A stretch of DNA of 64,000 bases from an uncultured Pelagibacteraceae bacterium (GTDB lineage: Bacteria; Pseudomonadota; Alphaproteobacteria; Pelagibacterales; Pelagibacteraceae), in the NCBI GenBank assembly GCA_902609675.1, contig CACLST010000001.1, positions 11,934-75,933 on the forward strand, in the 5' to 3' direction. The notes under the pieces were generated by a model. The model ran no database searches and was not told where the DNA came from. It saw only the letters and a program-made list of their open reading frames with translations. Each line of letters begins with the position of its first letter. The first letter of the stretch is position 1. Shown one piece after another: positions 37,438 through 47,640 of this stretch. Position numbers and translations under genes: made by a program.

Positions 37438-38883
37438 TTAATTTTTTTTAAATTTTTTAAAGGAGAAATTTCTTGGTCTTTTTCTATTCTTGAATTTTTT
37501 CTTAAATTTAAATTTTTTTCTACTATTAGGATTATCACCTTGTTCTTTTAAGTTATCAGTATGAAATTTTTTAAATTTTTTATTTTTAAACTTAAATTTC
37601 TTTTTTTTATCAAATTCACCATCACTGTTGTTTGGCTTATCTGAATTAGACTTTTTAAATTTATTACTGTTAAACTTAAATTTTCTTTTGTTATCCCGCT
37701 TATCGTTTCTATTTCTGCTATCTTTAAATGATTTACCTCTTTTTTTAAATTTTTTATTTTTTTTGTTAGATTTTCTATTAAAACTTTCTTCTAATTTAAA
37801 ATTTGGATTTATTAATTTCTGAATTTCTCTCCACATACTACGATCATTATTTGTTAAGAAGGTAATTGCCGATCCTTCTTTACCTGCTCTACCTGTTCTA
37901 CCAACTCTATGAATATAATCCTCAGGTACTTGTGGCAGATCATAATTTATTACGTGTTGAATTAATGGAATATCTAATCCTCTTGCAGCAACATCAGTTG
38001 CAACTAAAATTCTACTTTTGCCAGATCTAAAACCTCTAATAACCCTATCTCGTTTACTTTGTCTTAGATTTCCATGAATTGCTTCTGCTGAATGAGCATC
38101 ATATTTTAATCTTTTTACAATTTTATCTGCACCATATTTTGTTTTAACAAAAACTAATATTGAACCTTGTCTCTCAACTAATTGATTTATTAATTCATGA
38201 TATTTTTTATCTGGAGTTATTTGAAAAGTTTCTTGTTTAATTTTTTCTATTGGAGTTGAAACTGATCCAACTGAAATTCTTTCTGGTTTTCTCAAATATT
38301 TTTCAGAAATTTTTAATATATTATTCGGCAAAGTGGCTGAAAATAATAATGTTTGATGATCCTTTGGGATGAATTTTAAAATTATTTCAATTTGAGGTGT
38401 AAACCCCATATCAAGCATTCTATCAGTTTCATCTAAAACTAAGTAATTAACTCTTGTTAAATTTAAGCTTTTTCTTTTTAGGTGATCGTTAATTCTGCCT
38501 GGTGTACCAACAATTATTCGAGCTCTTTTATTCAGCTGTCTTAGTTGTTTTTGCATACTTTCTCCACCAATTAAAAGAGCATTACCAATTCTTATATCTC
38601 CTAAAGTGAGTTTGGTTATCGTACCCATTACCTGACTAGCTAATTCTCTCGTTGGGCATATGATTAATGCCATTGCATTTTTGTTAATGATCAATTTATT
38701 TATAAGTGGAATTGTAAAAGCTAAAGTTTTGCCCGTACCAGTTTGTGCGGTTCCAAGAACATCTTTTCCCTCAAGTGCAATGGGTATTGCTTGAGATTGA
38801 ATTGGTGTGGGTGTGATAAAATTTGAATACTTAATTGAATTTTTTAGTTTGTTTTCTATGTCTAATTCATTAAAGTTTTTCAT
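37438..38883 (-). CDS. DEAD-box RNA helicase with basic low-complexity tail
   Basis: PTPIQ, AQTGTGKT, PTRELA, TPGR, DETD, SAT, ARGLD, HRVGRTGRAG; start MKNF at 38883. Confidence 0.93.
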   Translation of the reverse strand: MKNFNELDIENKLKNSIKYSNFITPTPIQSQAIPIALEGKDVLGTAQTGTGKTLAFTIPLINKLIINKNAMALIICPTRELASQVMGTITKLTLGDIRIGNALLIGGESMQKQLRQLNKRARIIVGTPGRINDHLKRKSLNLTRVNYLVLDETDRMLDMGFTPQIEIILKFIPKDHQTLLFSATLPNNILKISEKYLRKPERISVGSVSTPIEKIKQETFQITPDKKYHELINQLVERQGSILVFVKTKYGADKIVKRLKYDAHSAEAIHGNLRQSKRDRVIRGFRSGKSRILVATDVAARGLDIPLIQHVINYDLPQVPEDYIHRVGRTGRAGKEGSAITFLTNNDRSMWREIQKLINPNFKLEESFNRKSNKKNKKFKKRGKSFKDSRNRNDKRDNKRKFKFNSNKFKKSNSDKPNNSDGEFDKKKKFKFKNKKFKKFHTDNLKEQGDNPNSRKKFKFKKKFKNRKRPRNFSFKKFKKN

Positions 38884-39038
38884 GCTTGATTCTTTTAAAG
38901 ATATACAGAAAATGCATATATGTTCTAATGCCAATTACAATAAATCATTTATTTAAGTCTTTAGAATGCTTATAATTGACATAATCTGGACACTTTGAAA
39001 CTTGTAAGAAACCAATATAGTTAATATAAATAGCTCAT

Positions 39039-40148
39039 ATGCTCTCTTTTATACTACCATTTATAGTGCTGATTTTAGTAGTTGTTTTCATACACGAATA
39101 TGGCCATTATTATTTTGCAAAGAGATATGGAGTTGGTGTAACAGACTTTTCAATAGGTTTTGGAAAAGAGTTGATTGGTTGGAATGATAAATCGGGAACT
39201 AGATGGAAAATTTGTTGGATACCTCTTGGAGGCTATGTAAAATTTTTTGGTGACAGAAATGTATTTTCTCAAGCTGATCAAGAAGAATTGTTAAAAAAAT
39301 ATAACAAAGAGGACCAAGAAAAACTCTTTGTAACAAAACCTTTGTATCAAAGGTCCCTAATCGTAGCGGGTGGGCCAATAGCAAATTTCGTTTTAGCAAT
39401 ATTTATTTTTTTATTCATATATATGTTTGCTGGAAAAGATTTTACGCCAGCAGTTATCGACGAAGTTCAAAAAGATAGTCCAGCAGAAGTAGCAGGAATG
39501 CAAAAAAATGATGTGATACTTGAAATAGACAACAATAAAGTTGAGAGTATTCTTGATGTTTCTAAACTTATTTTAATGTCAACATCTGAGATAGTTGATT
39601 TCAAAATTTCTAGATATGATCAAGAGGTATTATTAAAGGTTAAACCAAAAATTGTTGCAGGCGTTGATAATTTAGGAAATAAAGTTAATAAAAGAATAGT
39701 TGGTATTAAACTAAGTCCATATAACAATGAAATAAATCATAAAAGATTAGGTCCAGCAAATGCATTAATAGAGTCTGTTAAAGAAGTATATTTTGTAACT
39801 TCTTCATCTCTTAAATATATGGGTTCAATGCTTACTGGATCGGGAGATAGTTCACAATTAGGTGGACCAATTAGAATAGCAAAGATTTCAGGACAAGTGG
39901 CTGAATTTGGAATATTGCCATTTATTAGTATGATGGCCTATATATCGATAAGTCTAGGCTTGATTAACCTATTTCCAATACCACTTTTAGATGGGGGACA
40001 TTTAATGTTTTATGCGTTTGAAAAGGTTTTAGGAAAGCCATTAAGTCAAAAAACACAGGAAGGTTTTTTTCGAATCGGAATGTTTTTATTGTTAACTTTA
40101 ATGTTTTTTGCAACATTCAATGATCTTAAAGATTTAGGCTTATTTTAA
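39039..40148 (+). CDS. rseP: RIP metalloprotease RseP
   Basis: HEYGH, FSIGFG, PLGGYVKF, single PDZ, NLFPIPLLDGGH. Confidence 0.95.
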   Translation: MLSFILPFIVLILVVVFIHEYGHYYFAKRYGVGVTDFSIGFGKELIGWNDKSGTRWKICWIPLGGYVKFFGDRNVFSQADQEELLKKYNKEDQEKLFVTKPLYQRSLIVAGGPIANFVLAIFIFLFIYMFAGKDFTPAVIDEVQKDSPAEVAGMQKNDVILEIDNNKVESILDVSKLILMSTSEIVDFKISRYDQEVLLKVKPKIVAGVDNLGNKVNKRIVGIKLSPYNNEINHKRLGPANALIESVKEVYFVTSSSLKYMGSMLTGSGDSSQLGGPIRIAKISGQVAEFGILPFISMMAYISISLGLINLFPIPLLDGGHLMFYAFEKVLGKPLSQKTQEGFFRIGMFLLLTLMFFATFNDLKDLGLF

Positions 40149-40299
40149 AGGGATTTTATAACGTTAAAAAAACTGCATAAATCAATACTTATTTATAACT
40201 ATATGTTGTGGTAAATTCAATTATAGACACAAAAAAAAAGCTTGAATTGTCAATGATTTTGTTAAGTATATAAATATAACCTTTAAAACCGGAGCTAAA

Positions 40300-40575
40300 A
40301 TGAACAAAAAACAACTTATAGCAAAATTAGCAGGGTCGTTAAATCAAAGTAAAGCTGACGCTGAGCGTACATTTGATACAATTACCAACACTATTTTGGA
40401 CGCTTTAAAAGGCGACGATAATGTTAAAATTGCTGGTTTTGGAACATATAAAGTGGCTAAAAGAAAAGCCCGAATTGGTAGAAATCCGAGAACTGGAGAG
40501 CAAATCCAAATCGCTGCTTCTCAAAAGGTAAAGTTTTTACCTGCAAAAGCGCTTAAAGAAGTTTTCAATAAATAA
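40300..40575 (+). CDS. hup: DNA-binding protein HU
   Basis: MNKKQL, GFGT, RKARIGRNPRTGE. Confidence 0.95.
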   Translation: MNKKQLIAKLAGSLNQSKADAERTFDTITNTILDALKGDDNVKIAGFGTYKVAKRKARIGRNPRTGEQIQIAASQKVKFLPAKALKEVFNK

Positions 40576-40582
40576 ACTTTTC

Positions 40583-40628
40583 AAAACAGCCTTTATTAAA
40601 AATTAGAATTTAATAAAGGCTGTTTTTT
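40583..40628 (+). terminator. Intrinsic terminator after hup
   Basis: AAAACAGCCTTTATTAAA ... TTTAATAAAGGCTGTTTTTT. Confidence 0.8.
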
Positions 40629-40741
40629 ATACAAGCATACGGTGTTCTACATGCAAATACTGCATATCTCTTTTAAATAACAATCAATAGTTTTTAGTTT
40701 TATTAAATCTATAACAACCTCTTTAATTAAACGGAGGTGAA

Positions 40742-42043
40742 ATGGTTAAACTTTTAAAAAAACTGGCTGGTCCATTAGTAAGTATATTTTTCTTACTAAA
40801 CATGACCAGTGCAGGTTATGCTGAAACTACAGTTTCAGCTGAAGTTGGTTTCATATTCAATACATTTCTTTTCTTGGTTTGTGGTTTCTTAGTAATGTTT
40901 ATGGCAGCAGGTTTTGCCATGCTCGAATCAGGGATGGTAACATCAAAAAGTGTATCAGTAATATGTGCCAAAAATATCGGATTATTTTCAATAGCTGGAA
41001 TTATGTTCTGGATGGTTGGATATAATTTAGCATACGGAATTCCAGAAGGTGGATACATTGGAAGCTTTACTCCATGGTCTGATGCAAGTGCAGTTGATAC
41101 TGGTTATGCAGATGGATCTGATTGGTATTTCCAAATGGTTTTCTGTGCAACAACAGTTTCAATTGTATCTGGAACATTAGCTGAAAGAATTAAATTATGG
41201 CCGTTCTTTTTATTTGCGGCTATTCTATCAGGAATTATCTATCCAATCGTTATGGGTTGGCAGTGGGGCGGTGGCTGGTTGGCAGCTGCTGGTTTCTCTG
41301 ACTTTGCAGGTTCAACGCTTGTTCACTCAACTGGAGGTGCAGCAGCATTAGCTGGAGCAATTCTTTTAGGAGCTAGAACTGGTAGATTTGATAAATCTGG
41401 AGCAGCTAAACCTATGAAGCCATTTGCAGCATCATCAGTGCCATTAGTAACACTTGGTGTATTTATTTTATGGCTAGGTTGGTTCGGATTTAATGGTGGA
41501 TCACAATTAGCAATGGGAACATTTGATGACGCAGTAGCAGTATCAAATATTTTCATTAATACAAACTTAGCAGCCTGTGGTGGTGTGTTAGCAGCTGGTG
41601 CAATAACAAGATTAATGTCGGGTAAAACTGATGTCATTCAAATGCTTAACGGAGCAATTGGTGGTCTTGTTGCAATTACAGCAGAACCATTAATGCCTTC
41701 ACCGCTAGCAGCAATTCTTATAGGTGCGATTGGTGGAATAATAGTTGTCTTTGGAACTAAATTTTTATTCTCACTGAAAATCGACGATGTAGTAGGAGCA
41801 GTACCTGCTCACTTATTCGCTGGAATTTGGGGAACTTTAGCAGTTCCGCTAACTAACGGTGATGCATCATTCGGAGCGCAGCTTCTTGGAGTAATATCAA
41901 TTAATGCTTTTGTATTTATAGTTTCACTTATAGTTTGGGGAATTATGAAAGGAACAATGGGTATTAGATTGAGTAAAGAAGCAGAAAGACTTGGAACTGA
42001 TGTTACAGAGTCTGGAGTAATCGCATACGCAATAAGAGACTAA
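40742..42043 (+). CDS. amtB: Ammonium transporter
   Basis: FQMVF, DFAGSTLVH, WLGWFGFNGGS, DDVVGAVPAH; GGAGG RBS. Confidence 0.96.
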   Translation: MVKLLKKLAGPLVSIFFLLNMTSAGYAETTVSAEVGFIFNTFLFLVCGFLVMFMAAGFAMLESGMVTSKSVSVICAKNIGLFSIAGIMFWMVGYNLAYGIPEGGYIGSFTPWSDASAVDTGYADGSDWYFQMVFCATTVSIVSGTLAERIKLWPFFLFAAILSGIIYPIVMGWQWGGGWLAAAGFSDFAGSTLVHSTGGAAALAGAILLGARTGRFDKSGAAKPMKPFAASSVPLVTLGVFILWLGWFGFNGGSQLAMGTFDDAVAVSNIFINTNLAACGGVLAAGAITRLMSGKTDVIQMLNGAIGGLVAITAEPLMPSPLAAILIGAIGGIIVVFGTKFLFSLKIDDVVGAVPAHLFAGIWGTLAVPLTNGDASFGAQLLGVISINAFVFIVSLIVWGIMKGTMGIRLSKEAERLGTDVTESGVIAYAIRD

Positions 42044-42073
42044 AGAATAACTATCTCTCTCTCTATAGTTGAT

Positions 42074-42103
42074 AAAAGGCCCCTTAAATGGGGCCTTTTT
42101 TTT
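42074..42103. terminator. Bidirectional intrinsic terminator between amtB and bcp
   Basis: AAAAGGCCCC-TTAAAT-GGGGCCTTTTTTTT. Confidence 0.85.
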
Positions 42104-42545
42104 AGTAATTTTTTATGAAGTCTAAAACCTCTGCTGCATGGCCCGCTGCTTTAACGTTTCTCCATTCCTTAATGATTTTATTTTTCTCAATAATAAAAGT
42201 ACTTCTTATTGTACCCATAAATTCTCGACCCATAAATTTCTTTTTTGCCCAAGCTTTGTAAGCTTTTAAAGAAGTTTTATCTTCGTCTGCCAATAGTTCA
42301 AATTTTAAATTAAGTTTTTTACTCCATTTTTCGTGACTTTCTAAACTATCTTTGGATATTCCAAAAATAGTGCATCCAAATTTCTCAAATTTACTTAAAA
42401 GTTTATTAAAATCATTTGTCTCAATTGTACATCCACTTGTATTATCTTTCGGATAGAAATAGATGATGATAAATTTTGATTTTACTTTACTTAATTCAAC
42501 AGTTTTACCTGATGTAGATGATAATTTAAAATTTGGAGCTTTCAT
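42102..42545 (-). CDS. bcp: Peroxiredoxin BCP
   Basis: YFYPKDNTSGCTIE, GISKD, IRSTF. Confidence 0.92.
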   Translation of the reverse strand: MKAPNFKLSSTSGKTVELSKVKSKFIIIYFYPKDNTSGCTIETNDFNKLLSKFEKFGCTIFGISKDSLESHEKWSKKLNLKFELLADEDKTSLKAYKAWAKKKFMGREFMGTIRSTFIIEKNKIIKEWRNVKAAGHAAEVLDFIKNY

Positions 42546-42603
42546 TTAATAACCCTTGTTTAATTTATATAGTAATATTTTTAATTTAGTGTAATAAACA
42601 TTT

Positions 42604-42990
42604 ATGACAATAAAATCAGCATCAACTTTAGTCGCAGAAGCTTTAAAGGAAATTAAAACTATATCACCAGAGGAAGCTCTAGAAAAATTAAATAATGATA
42701 CATGCAACCTTATCGATATCAGAGATGTAAGAGAATTAGAAAGATTAGGAAGAATAGAAAATTCTTCTCACATACCAAGAGGAATGCTGGAATTTTGGAT
42801 GGATCCAGATAGTCAATATTTTAAAGATGGTAAAATTGATATGAATAAGGAAATGGTTCTTTTTTGTGCTGGAGGTCTAAGATCAGCATTAGCTACAAAA
42901 ACTTTACAAAGTATGGGTTTTAAAAATATTTGCCATGTAGATGGCGGTTTTGGATCAATGCAAAATTCAGGTTTTAAAGTAGTAAAGTAA
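42604..42990 (+). CDS. Single-domain rhodanese/sulfurtransferase
   Basis: IDIRD..E, PRGMLEF, FCAGGLRS. Confidence 0.9.
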   Translation: MTIKSASTLVAEALKEIKTISPEEALEKLNNDTCNLIDIRDVRELERLGRIENSSHIPRGMLEFWMDPDSQYFKDGKIDMNKEMVLFCAGGLRSALATKTLQSMGFKNICHVDGGFGSMQNSGFKVVK

Positions 42991-42998
42991 TTTAGCTT

Positions 42999-43472
42999 TT
43001 AATCTAACAAATTAATTCTTTTAGCGTAGAACATTCTTATTATCCAATAAATAACCAAACCTAAGGGACCAATAAAATAAGTCATTATTATTGGAATGAA
43101 GACTACATATCTTGACATAAATAATTTTTGACTATCTTTCATTATCCACGCTCCACAAAACAAGTTTATTGCTAAAAAGTGTGTCCAAAACATTATCAAA
43201 AAAGCTTCAGCTTCAAAAAGATTTCTCAAGTCATACAGACCAAGATACAGCGTAAAATTGTAATCAAAATCATATCCAGAAATATAGAAATAATAACCTA
43301 GATAAATATAGACAGCTGTTAAAACAAAAAATGGAAAAACAGAAGTAACCAATAATCCACAAATCTTTGAATTTGGAAAAATAATCAGAATTAACCAGAA
43401 GGGTATTACACCTATATTTAACCATAAATAAATCATCTCAATGGTAAAAAAAGCTGCTATTTGTTCAATCAT
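42999..43472 (-). CDS. ABA4-like (DUF4281) membrane protein
   Basis: PFWLILI, WTHFLAINLFCGAW, GPLGL. Confidence 0.8.
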   Translation of the reverse strand: MIEQIAAFFTIEMIYLWLNIGVIPFWLILIIFPNSKICGLLVTSVFPFFVLTAVYIYLGYYFYISGYDFDYNFTLYLGLYDLRNLFEAEAFLIMFWTHFLAINLFCGAWIMKDSQKLFMSRYVVFIPIIMTYFIGPLGLVIYWIIRMFYAKRINLLD

Positions 43473-43501
43473 ATTATTTTTATATTATATTAAATAAATC
43501 A

Positions 43502-44065
43502 ATGATTCCCATAAAAAATAAAAAAAAGACATTAGAAGTAACAGTGGATGAGATGACGAATTTTGCACTTAATTATGTAGAAAAATTTGCACCCTCAAAA
43601 CAACAGTTAAGAACTTATTTATTAAAAAAATATTTAACATCAAGGACTCCTAATATAAAAAAAAATGATGTTTCTAATCTTATAGATATTGTTCTTGAGG
43701 ATTTAGAGAAATCAAAGTTTATAAACGATAAATTTTATTCAGAGTCAAAAGCAAAAAGTTTAATTCAAAGAGGATCATCTATAAATAAAATAAGAAATTA
43801 CTTAATGAATAAAGGTGTGGGTGAAAAGTATATTAAAAATACAATTGAACAAATAAAAGATAAGAATGAAGATCAGGATTTTTTTTCAGCCATAAAAATC
43901 TGTAAAAAGAAAAGAATTGGACCATCAAGACAAGAGGATAATCGACCTTTGTTTTATAAAAAAGATATAGGAGTATTAGCTCGTTCAGGTTTCGATTTTG
44001 AAGTTTCAAGAAGAGTTATGGATCTTGAAAAAGATGAATATTTAAAAATAATTAATCTTCTTTAG
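43502..44065 (+). CDS. recX: Regulatory protein RecX
   Basis: ALNYV..FAPS, INDKFY, KKKRIGP, LARSGF (alphaproteobacterial RecX pattern). Confidence 0.82.
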   Translation: MIPIKNKKKTLEVTVDEMTNFALNYVEKFAPSKQQLRTYLLKKYLTSRTPNIKKNDVSNLIDIVLEDLEKSKFINDKFYSESKAKSLIQRGSSINKIRNYLMNKGVGEKYIKNTIEQIKDKNEDQDFFSAIKICKKKRIGPSRQEDNRPLFYKKDIGVLARSGFDFEVSRRVMDLEKDEYLKIINLL

Positions 44066-44198
44066 TTTTTTTATTTTTTTCTTCTAAATAGTATTGAATT
44101 TTATTTCTTATATAATTTTTAACCATCACAAATACAATTAAACCAAATATTGACACCGATATAATTATGATTAAAATTATTCTTAATTGTTCACTCAT
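44052..44198 (-). CDS. Small single-TM protein (48 aa), not in ORF track
   Basis: MSEQLRIILIIIISVSIFGLIVFVMVKNYIRNKIQYYLEEKNKKTKED*; ATG overlaps the cysQ stop (TAATG). Confidence 0.6.
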   Translation of the reverse strand: MSEQLRIILIIIISVSIFGLIVFVMVKNYIRNKIQYYLEEKNKKTKED

Positions 44199-44971
44199 TA
44201 TAAATTTTTACTTCTCTTTAAAATTATACTTGGATTTTTAAAATCTTTTTTACCATAAGTAATTTCGTTGCCATTAAAGTCAGTTACTATTCCCCCTGCG
44301 TTTTCAAGTATAGCATGCCCTGCAGCTATATCCCATTCACAAGCTCTTGGCTCAGCAACATATCCGTCAAATTCTCCTGCAGCTATTACACAAAATTTAA
44401 GAGAGCTTTTCATTCGAACGTGTTGCGTAACCCCTAAATCTTTATGTATTTTTTCAATTTCAGGTTTAAGTTTATTTGAATATGAAACTACTTTTATTGA
44501 ACCCTTAGGAGTGATTTTCCTGCAATCTAATTTTATAGTTTTGTTTGAAGTAAATTCATATGATTGATCTTTTCCAAAACTATAAAACATTCTGTTCTTT
44601 GCTGGAACATTAATTAAACCAGCTGCTGCTTTTTCATTTAAAATTAATCCAGCATTAATTGTGAATTCCTCTCCATCATTTATATAGTCATATGTTCCAT
44701 CAATTGGATCAACTAACCAAAAGTTTTTTAAATTGGTTTTAGATTTATTGTGTGAAGTTTCCTCTGAAACAACGGGGATATCTGGTGTAAGTTCTAACAA
44801 TTTTTTTGTGATAATTCTATTTACTTCAAGATCACCATTGCTTACAGGAGTGTTGTCTGATTTTATTTCTTTATTTAAACCCTTTTTTCTCAGTTTTATT
44901 GAAACTTCGCCCGCCATGAGAAAAGTGTCAATTAAACCTTCAACAACACTTTTTATTTTAATTTCATCCAT
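44198..44971 (-). CDS. cysQ: 3'(2'),5'-bisphosphate nucleotidase CysQ
   Basis: VSEE, WLVDPIDGT, EFTIN, SSLKFC, EWDIAAGHAI; start MDEIK at 44971. Confidence 0.88.
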   Translation of the reverse strand: MDEIKIKSVVEGLIDTFLMAGEVSIKLRKKGLNKEIKSDNTPVSNGDLEVNRIITKKLLELTPDIPVVSEETSHNKSKTNLKNFWLVDPIDGTYDYINDGEEFTINAGLILNEKAAAGLINVPAKNRMFYSFGKDQSYEFTSNKTIKLDCRKITPKGSIKVVSYSNKLKPEIEKIHKDLGVTQHVRMKSSLKFCVIAAGEFDGYVAEPRACEWDIAAGHAILENAGGIVTDFNGNEITYGKKDFKNPSIILKRSKNL

Positions 44972-45140
44972 TATTATCAATTCTTTCGAGTTCAATATTA
45001 TTTGCGTTAATTACTTTTTTACCAACATTTTCAAAATTAACAGTTACTTTATCTTTAATTATTGATTGAACTTGACCAATACCCCAACTTTTATTGGCTG
45101 GATTAATAACTTTGTCACCTGGTTCAAAATCTAAAATCAT
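44964..45140 (-). CDS. Small DUF3553-like protein (58 aa), not in ORF track
   Basis: [58 protein letters not shown]; WG.GQVQS..TVNFE pattern. Confidence 0.8.
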   Translation of the reverse strand: MILDFEPGDKVINPANKSWGIGQVQSIIKDKVTVNFENVGKKVINANNIELERIDNNG

Positions 45141-45181
45141 TTAATTTAACTTATAATAGAAATAAGTATAAATACCATCAA

Positions 45182-46300
45182 ATGAATTTAGAAACTAATT
45201 CACTAGGATTCAATAAAAAGCCGTCAGAAACTTCAGTAGTGGTAGCCATGTCTGGAGGCGTAGACTCATCAACAGTTGCAGGGATGATGAAACAAGAGGG
45301 CTACAAAGTAATCGGAATTACCCTAAAACTCTACAATGATGGCAAAGAAGTTGCTGCTTCAAAACAATGCTGCTCAGGCCAAGATATTATGGATGCAAAA
45401 AGAGTTGCACACAAATTAAATATTGAACATAAGATTTTATATTACCAAGACAAGTTTAAACAAGGTGTTATAGATAACTTTGTAGATAGTTATCTAAAGG
45501 GTGAAACACCAATACCATGTGTACAATGTAATCAGACAGTTAAGTTCAAAGATTTATTTGAATTTTCTAAAGATTTAAATGCAGATGCATTAATCACTGG
45601 TCATTATGTAAAAAGTTTAACTAAAGATAACTTAACGAATATGTATAGAGCAATTGACGAAAATAGAGATCAAAGTTATTTTTTATTTAATACTACAAGA
45701 GAGCAATTAAATTATATAAGATTTCCACTAGGTGGACTTCTTAAAGATAAAACAAGAGAAATTGCAAAAAATCTAAATTTAAATGTTGCTGATAAACCAG
45801 ATAGTCAAGATATATGCTTTGTGCCCAACGGAGATTATGCATCTGTAATAAAAAAATTCAAACCAGAGTCTTACAGAAAAGGAAATATTAAAAATTTAGA
45901 TGGAAAAGTTGTTGGAGTACATGACGGCATAGTCAATTTTACTATTGGTCAAAGAAAAGGAATTAAAGTTTCAAATGAAGAGCCATTTTATGTAATTAAA
46001 ATTGATGCTGAGAAAAATGAAATTTACATAGGTCCAAAAGAAGAGCTGGCAAGAAGTAATATAAATTTAAAAAACGTAAATTTACTAACAGATAAAAAAG
46101 AATTAGACAAAAATGTATTGGTTAAAGTAAGGTCTACTGGCAAACTTTTAGATGCAAAAGTTGATATAGAAGATAATGAAAATGTTAAAGTAAACCTTCT
46201 AAAACCAGAATACGGAATATCTCCCGGCCAAGCTTGTGTATTTTACAAAAAAGACCAATTTGGTCACAAAGTTTTAGGTGGTGGTTGGATTAAAGATTAA
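45182..46300 (+). CDS. mnmA: tRNA 2-thiouridylase
   Basis: [50 protein letters not shown]. Confidence 0.96.
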   Translation: MNLETNSLGFNKKPSETSVVVAMSGGVDSSTVAGMMKQEGYKVIGITLKLYNDGKEVAASKQCCSGQDIMDAKRVAHKLNIEHKILYYQDKFKQGVIDNFVDSYLKGETPIPCVQCNQTVKFKDLFEFSKDLNADALITGHYVKSLTKDNLTNMYRAIDENRDQSYFLFNTTREQLNYIRFPLGGLLKDKTREIAKNLNLNVADKPDSQDICFVPNGDYASVIKKFKPESYRKGNIKNLDGKVVGVHDGIVNFTIGQRKGIKVSNEEPFYVIKIDAEKNEIYIGPKEELARSNINLKNVNLLTDKKELDKNVLVKVRSTGKLLDAKVDIEDNENVKVNLLKPEYGISPGQACVFYKKDQFGHKVLGGGWIKD

Positions 46301-46305
46301 AATTT

Positions 46306-46389
46306 CTATTTCTTTTTATTTTTTTTTCTGGCTCTTCTCTTTTTAGAGCCCATTTTTCTTCGGCCTCTATGTTTTTTTGGGTATCCCAT
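46306..46389 (-). CDS. 27-aa highly basic peptide, not in ORF track
   Basis: MGYPKKHRGRRKMGSKKRRARKKNKKK*, preceded by AAGGAG-ATT-ATG. Confidence 0.65.
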   Translation of the reverse strand: MGYPKKHRGRRKMGSKKRRARKKNKKK

Positions 46390-46464
46390 AATCTCCTTAA
46401 TTTAACTATTTTATTGACTTATTTGGTGGATATAGCATTGTCCTAAACACATATCAATTTTTTT

Positions 46465-47640
46465 ATGGATTATTCCTTTAAAACTTTTTTGAAGCATACG
46501 GCTAAAGATTTTCACAACCATTCAGTTAATCCACCAGTTGTAAGAGCATCCACAATTATTTTTAAATCAATGCAAGATTTAAGAAAAATGCAAAGAATGG
46601 CTTTAAAAAAACCATTAGGTGGACATTATGATTATGGTAGAAAGGGCACATCAACTACTTTCATTTTACAAAAAATTCTTACCAAACTGGAGGAATCATA
46701 CAATGTATTTTTAACTCCAACCGGATTTGGATCAGTTTTTCTATCAATATTTAGCGTAACGAGACCAGGAGATGAGATAATAGTTTCAGATCCACTTTAT
46801 AATCCAACTAGAAATTTAAGTGAAATTTATCTTAAAGAATTTGGAATTACAACAAAGTTTTATAACCCCCATGATTTAAAGTCTCTAGAAAAAAGCATAA
46901 CAAGTAAAACTAAACTAATTTACGTTGAGTGCCCTGGAAGCAATACATTTGAATTTCAAGATTTAAAAAAAGTTATTTCTATTGCAAAAAAAAATAAAAT
47001 ATTTACTGCAATAGATAATACCTGGGCAACACCATATTTTTTTAAGCCCATTAAATTGGGTTTTGATATGTCAATAGTATCAGCAACAAAATATTATTCA
47101 GGACATTCCGATGTAATGGGTGGAAGTTTAGCTGTTAACAAAAAAGTATATACACACGTCAAAAAAGCAGACGATGTTTTGGGTTTAAGGTTAGGTCCTG
47201 ATGATGCTTATTTAATAACAAGAGGCTTAAGAACTTTAGATATTAGACTAGATAAACATGAGTCTAATGCTAGAGAAGTCTGTAAGTTTCTTTCTAAAAG
47301 TAAAAAAGTAAAAATTTTATATCCTTATAAAAAAAACTCTTACAATTTTAGAATGTGGAAAAAATACTACTCTGGCTCATCAGGGCTTATGGGAATAATT
47401 ATAAGATCTAAAAGCAGAAAATCAGTTTTGAAATTTGTTAACTCTTTAAAATTATTTGGTCATGGTTATAGTTGGGGTGGGTTTGAAAGTTTAGCATTGC
47501 TGCAAAGTGATATAGAGATGGGTGACAGGAAATTCATAAATTTAGATAAAAATGAACACTTGGTAAGATTACATATAGGACTAGAAGACCCAAAAGATTT
47601 AATTGCAGATATTAGAAAAAGCCTTATGCTCGTTAAATGA
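46465..47640 (+). CDS. metC: Cystathionine beta-lyase
   Basis: VNPPVVRAST, YGRKGT, DNTWAT, SATKYYSGHSD, SWGGFESL, RLHIGLED. Confidence 0.88.
   Translation: MDYSFKTFLKHTAKDFHNHSVNPPVVRASTIIFKSMQDLRKMQRMALKKPLGGHYDYGRKGTSTTFILQKILTKLEESYNVFLTPTGFGSVFLSIFSVTRPGDEIIVSDPLYNPTRNLSEIYLKEFGITTKFYNPHDLKSLEKSITSKTKLIYVECPGSNTFEFQDLKKVISIAKKNKIFTAIDNTWATPYFFKPIKLGFDMSIVSATKYYSGHSDVMGGSLAVNKKVYTHVKKADDVLGLRLGPDDAYLITRGLRTLDIRLDKHESNAREVCKFLSKSKKVKILYPYKKNSYNFRMWKKYYSGSSGLMGIIIRSKSRKSVLKFVNSLKLFGHGYSWGGFESLALLQSDIEMGDRKFINLDKNEHLVRLHIGLEDPKDLIADIRKSLMLVK

Noticed and set aside
42054-42064. (CT)n microsatellite after amtB as a phase-variation tract
   Set aside because: Only about 5 units, in a 3' untranslated region between convergent genes.
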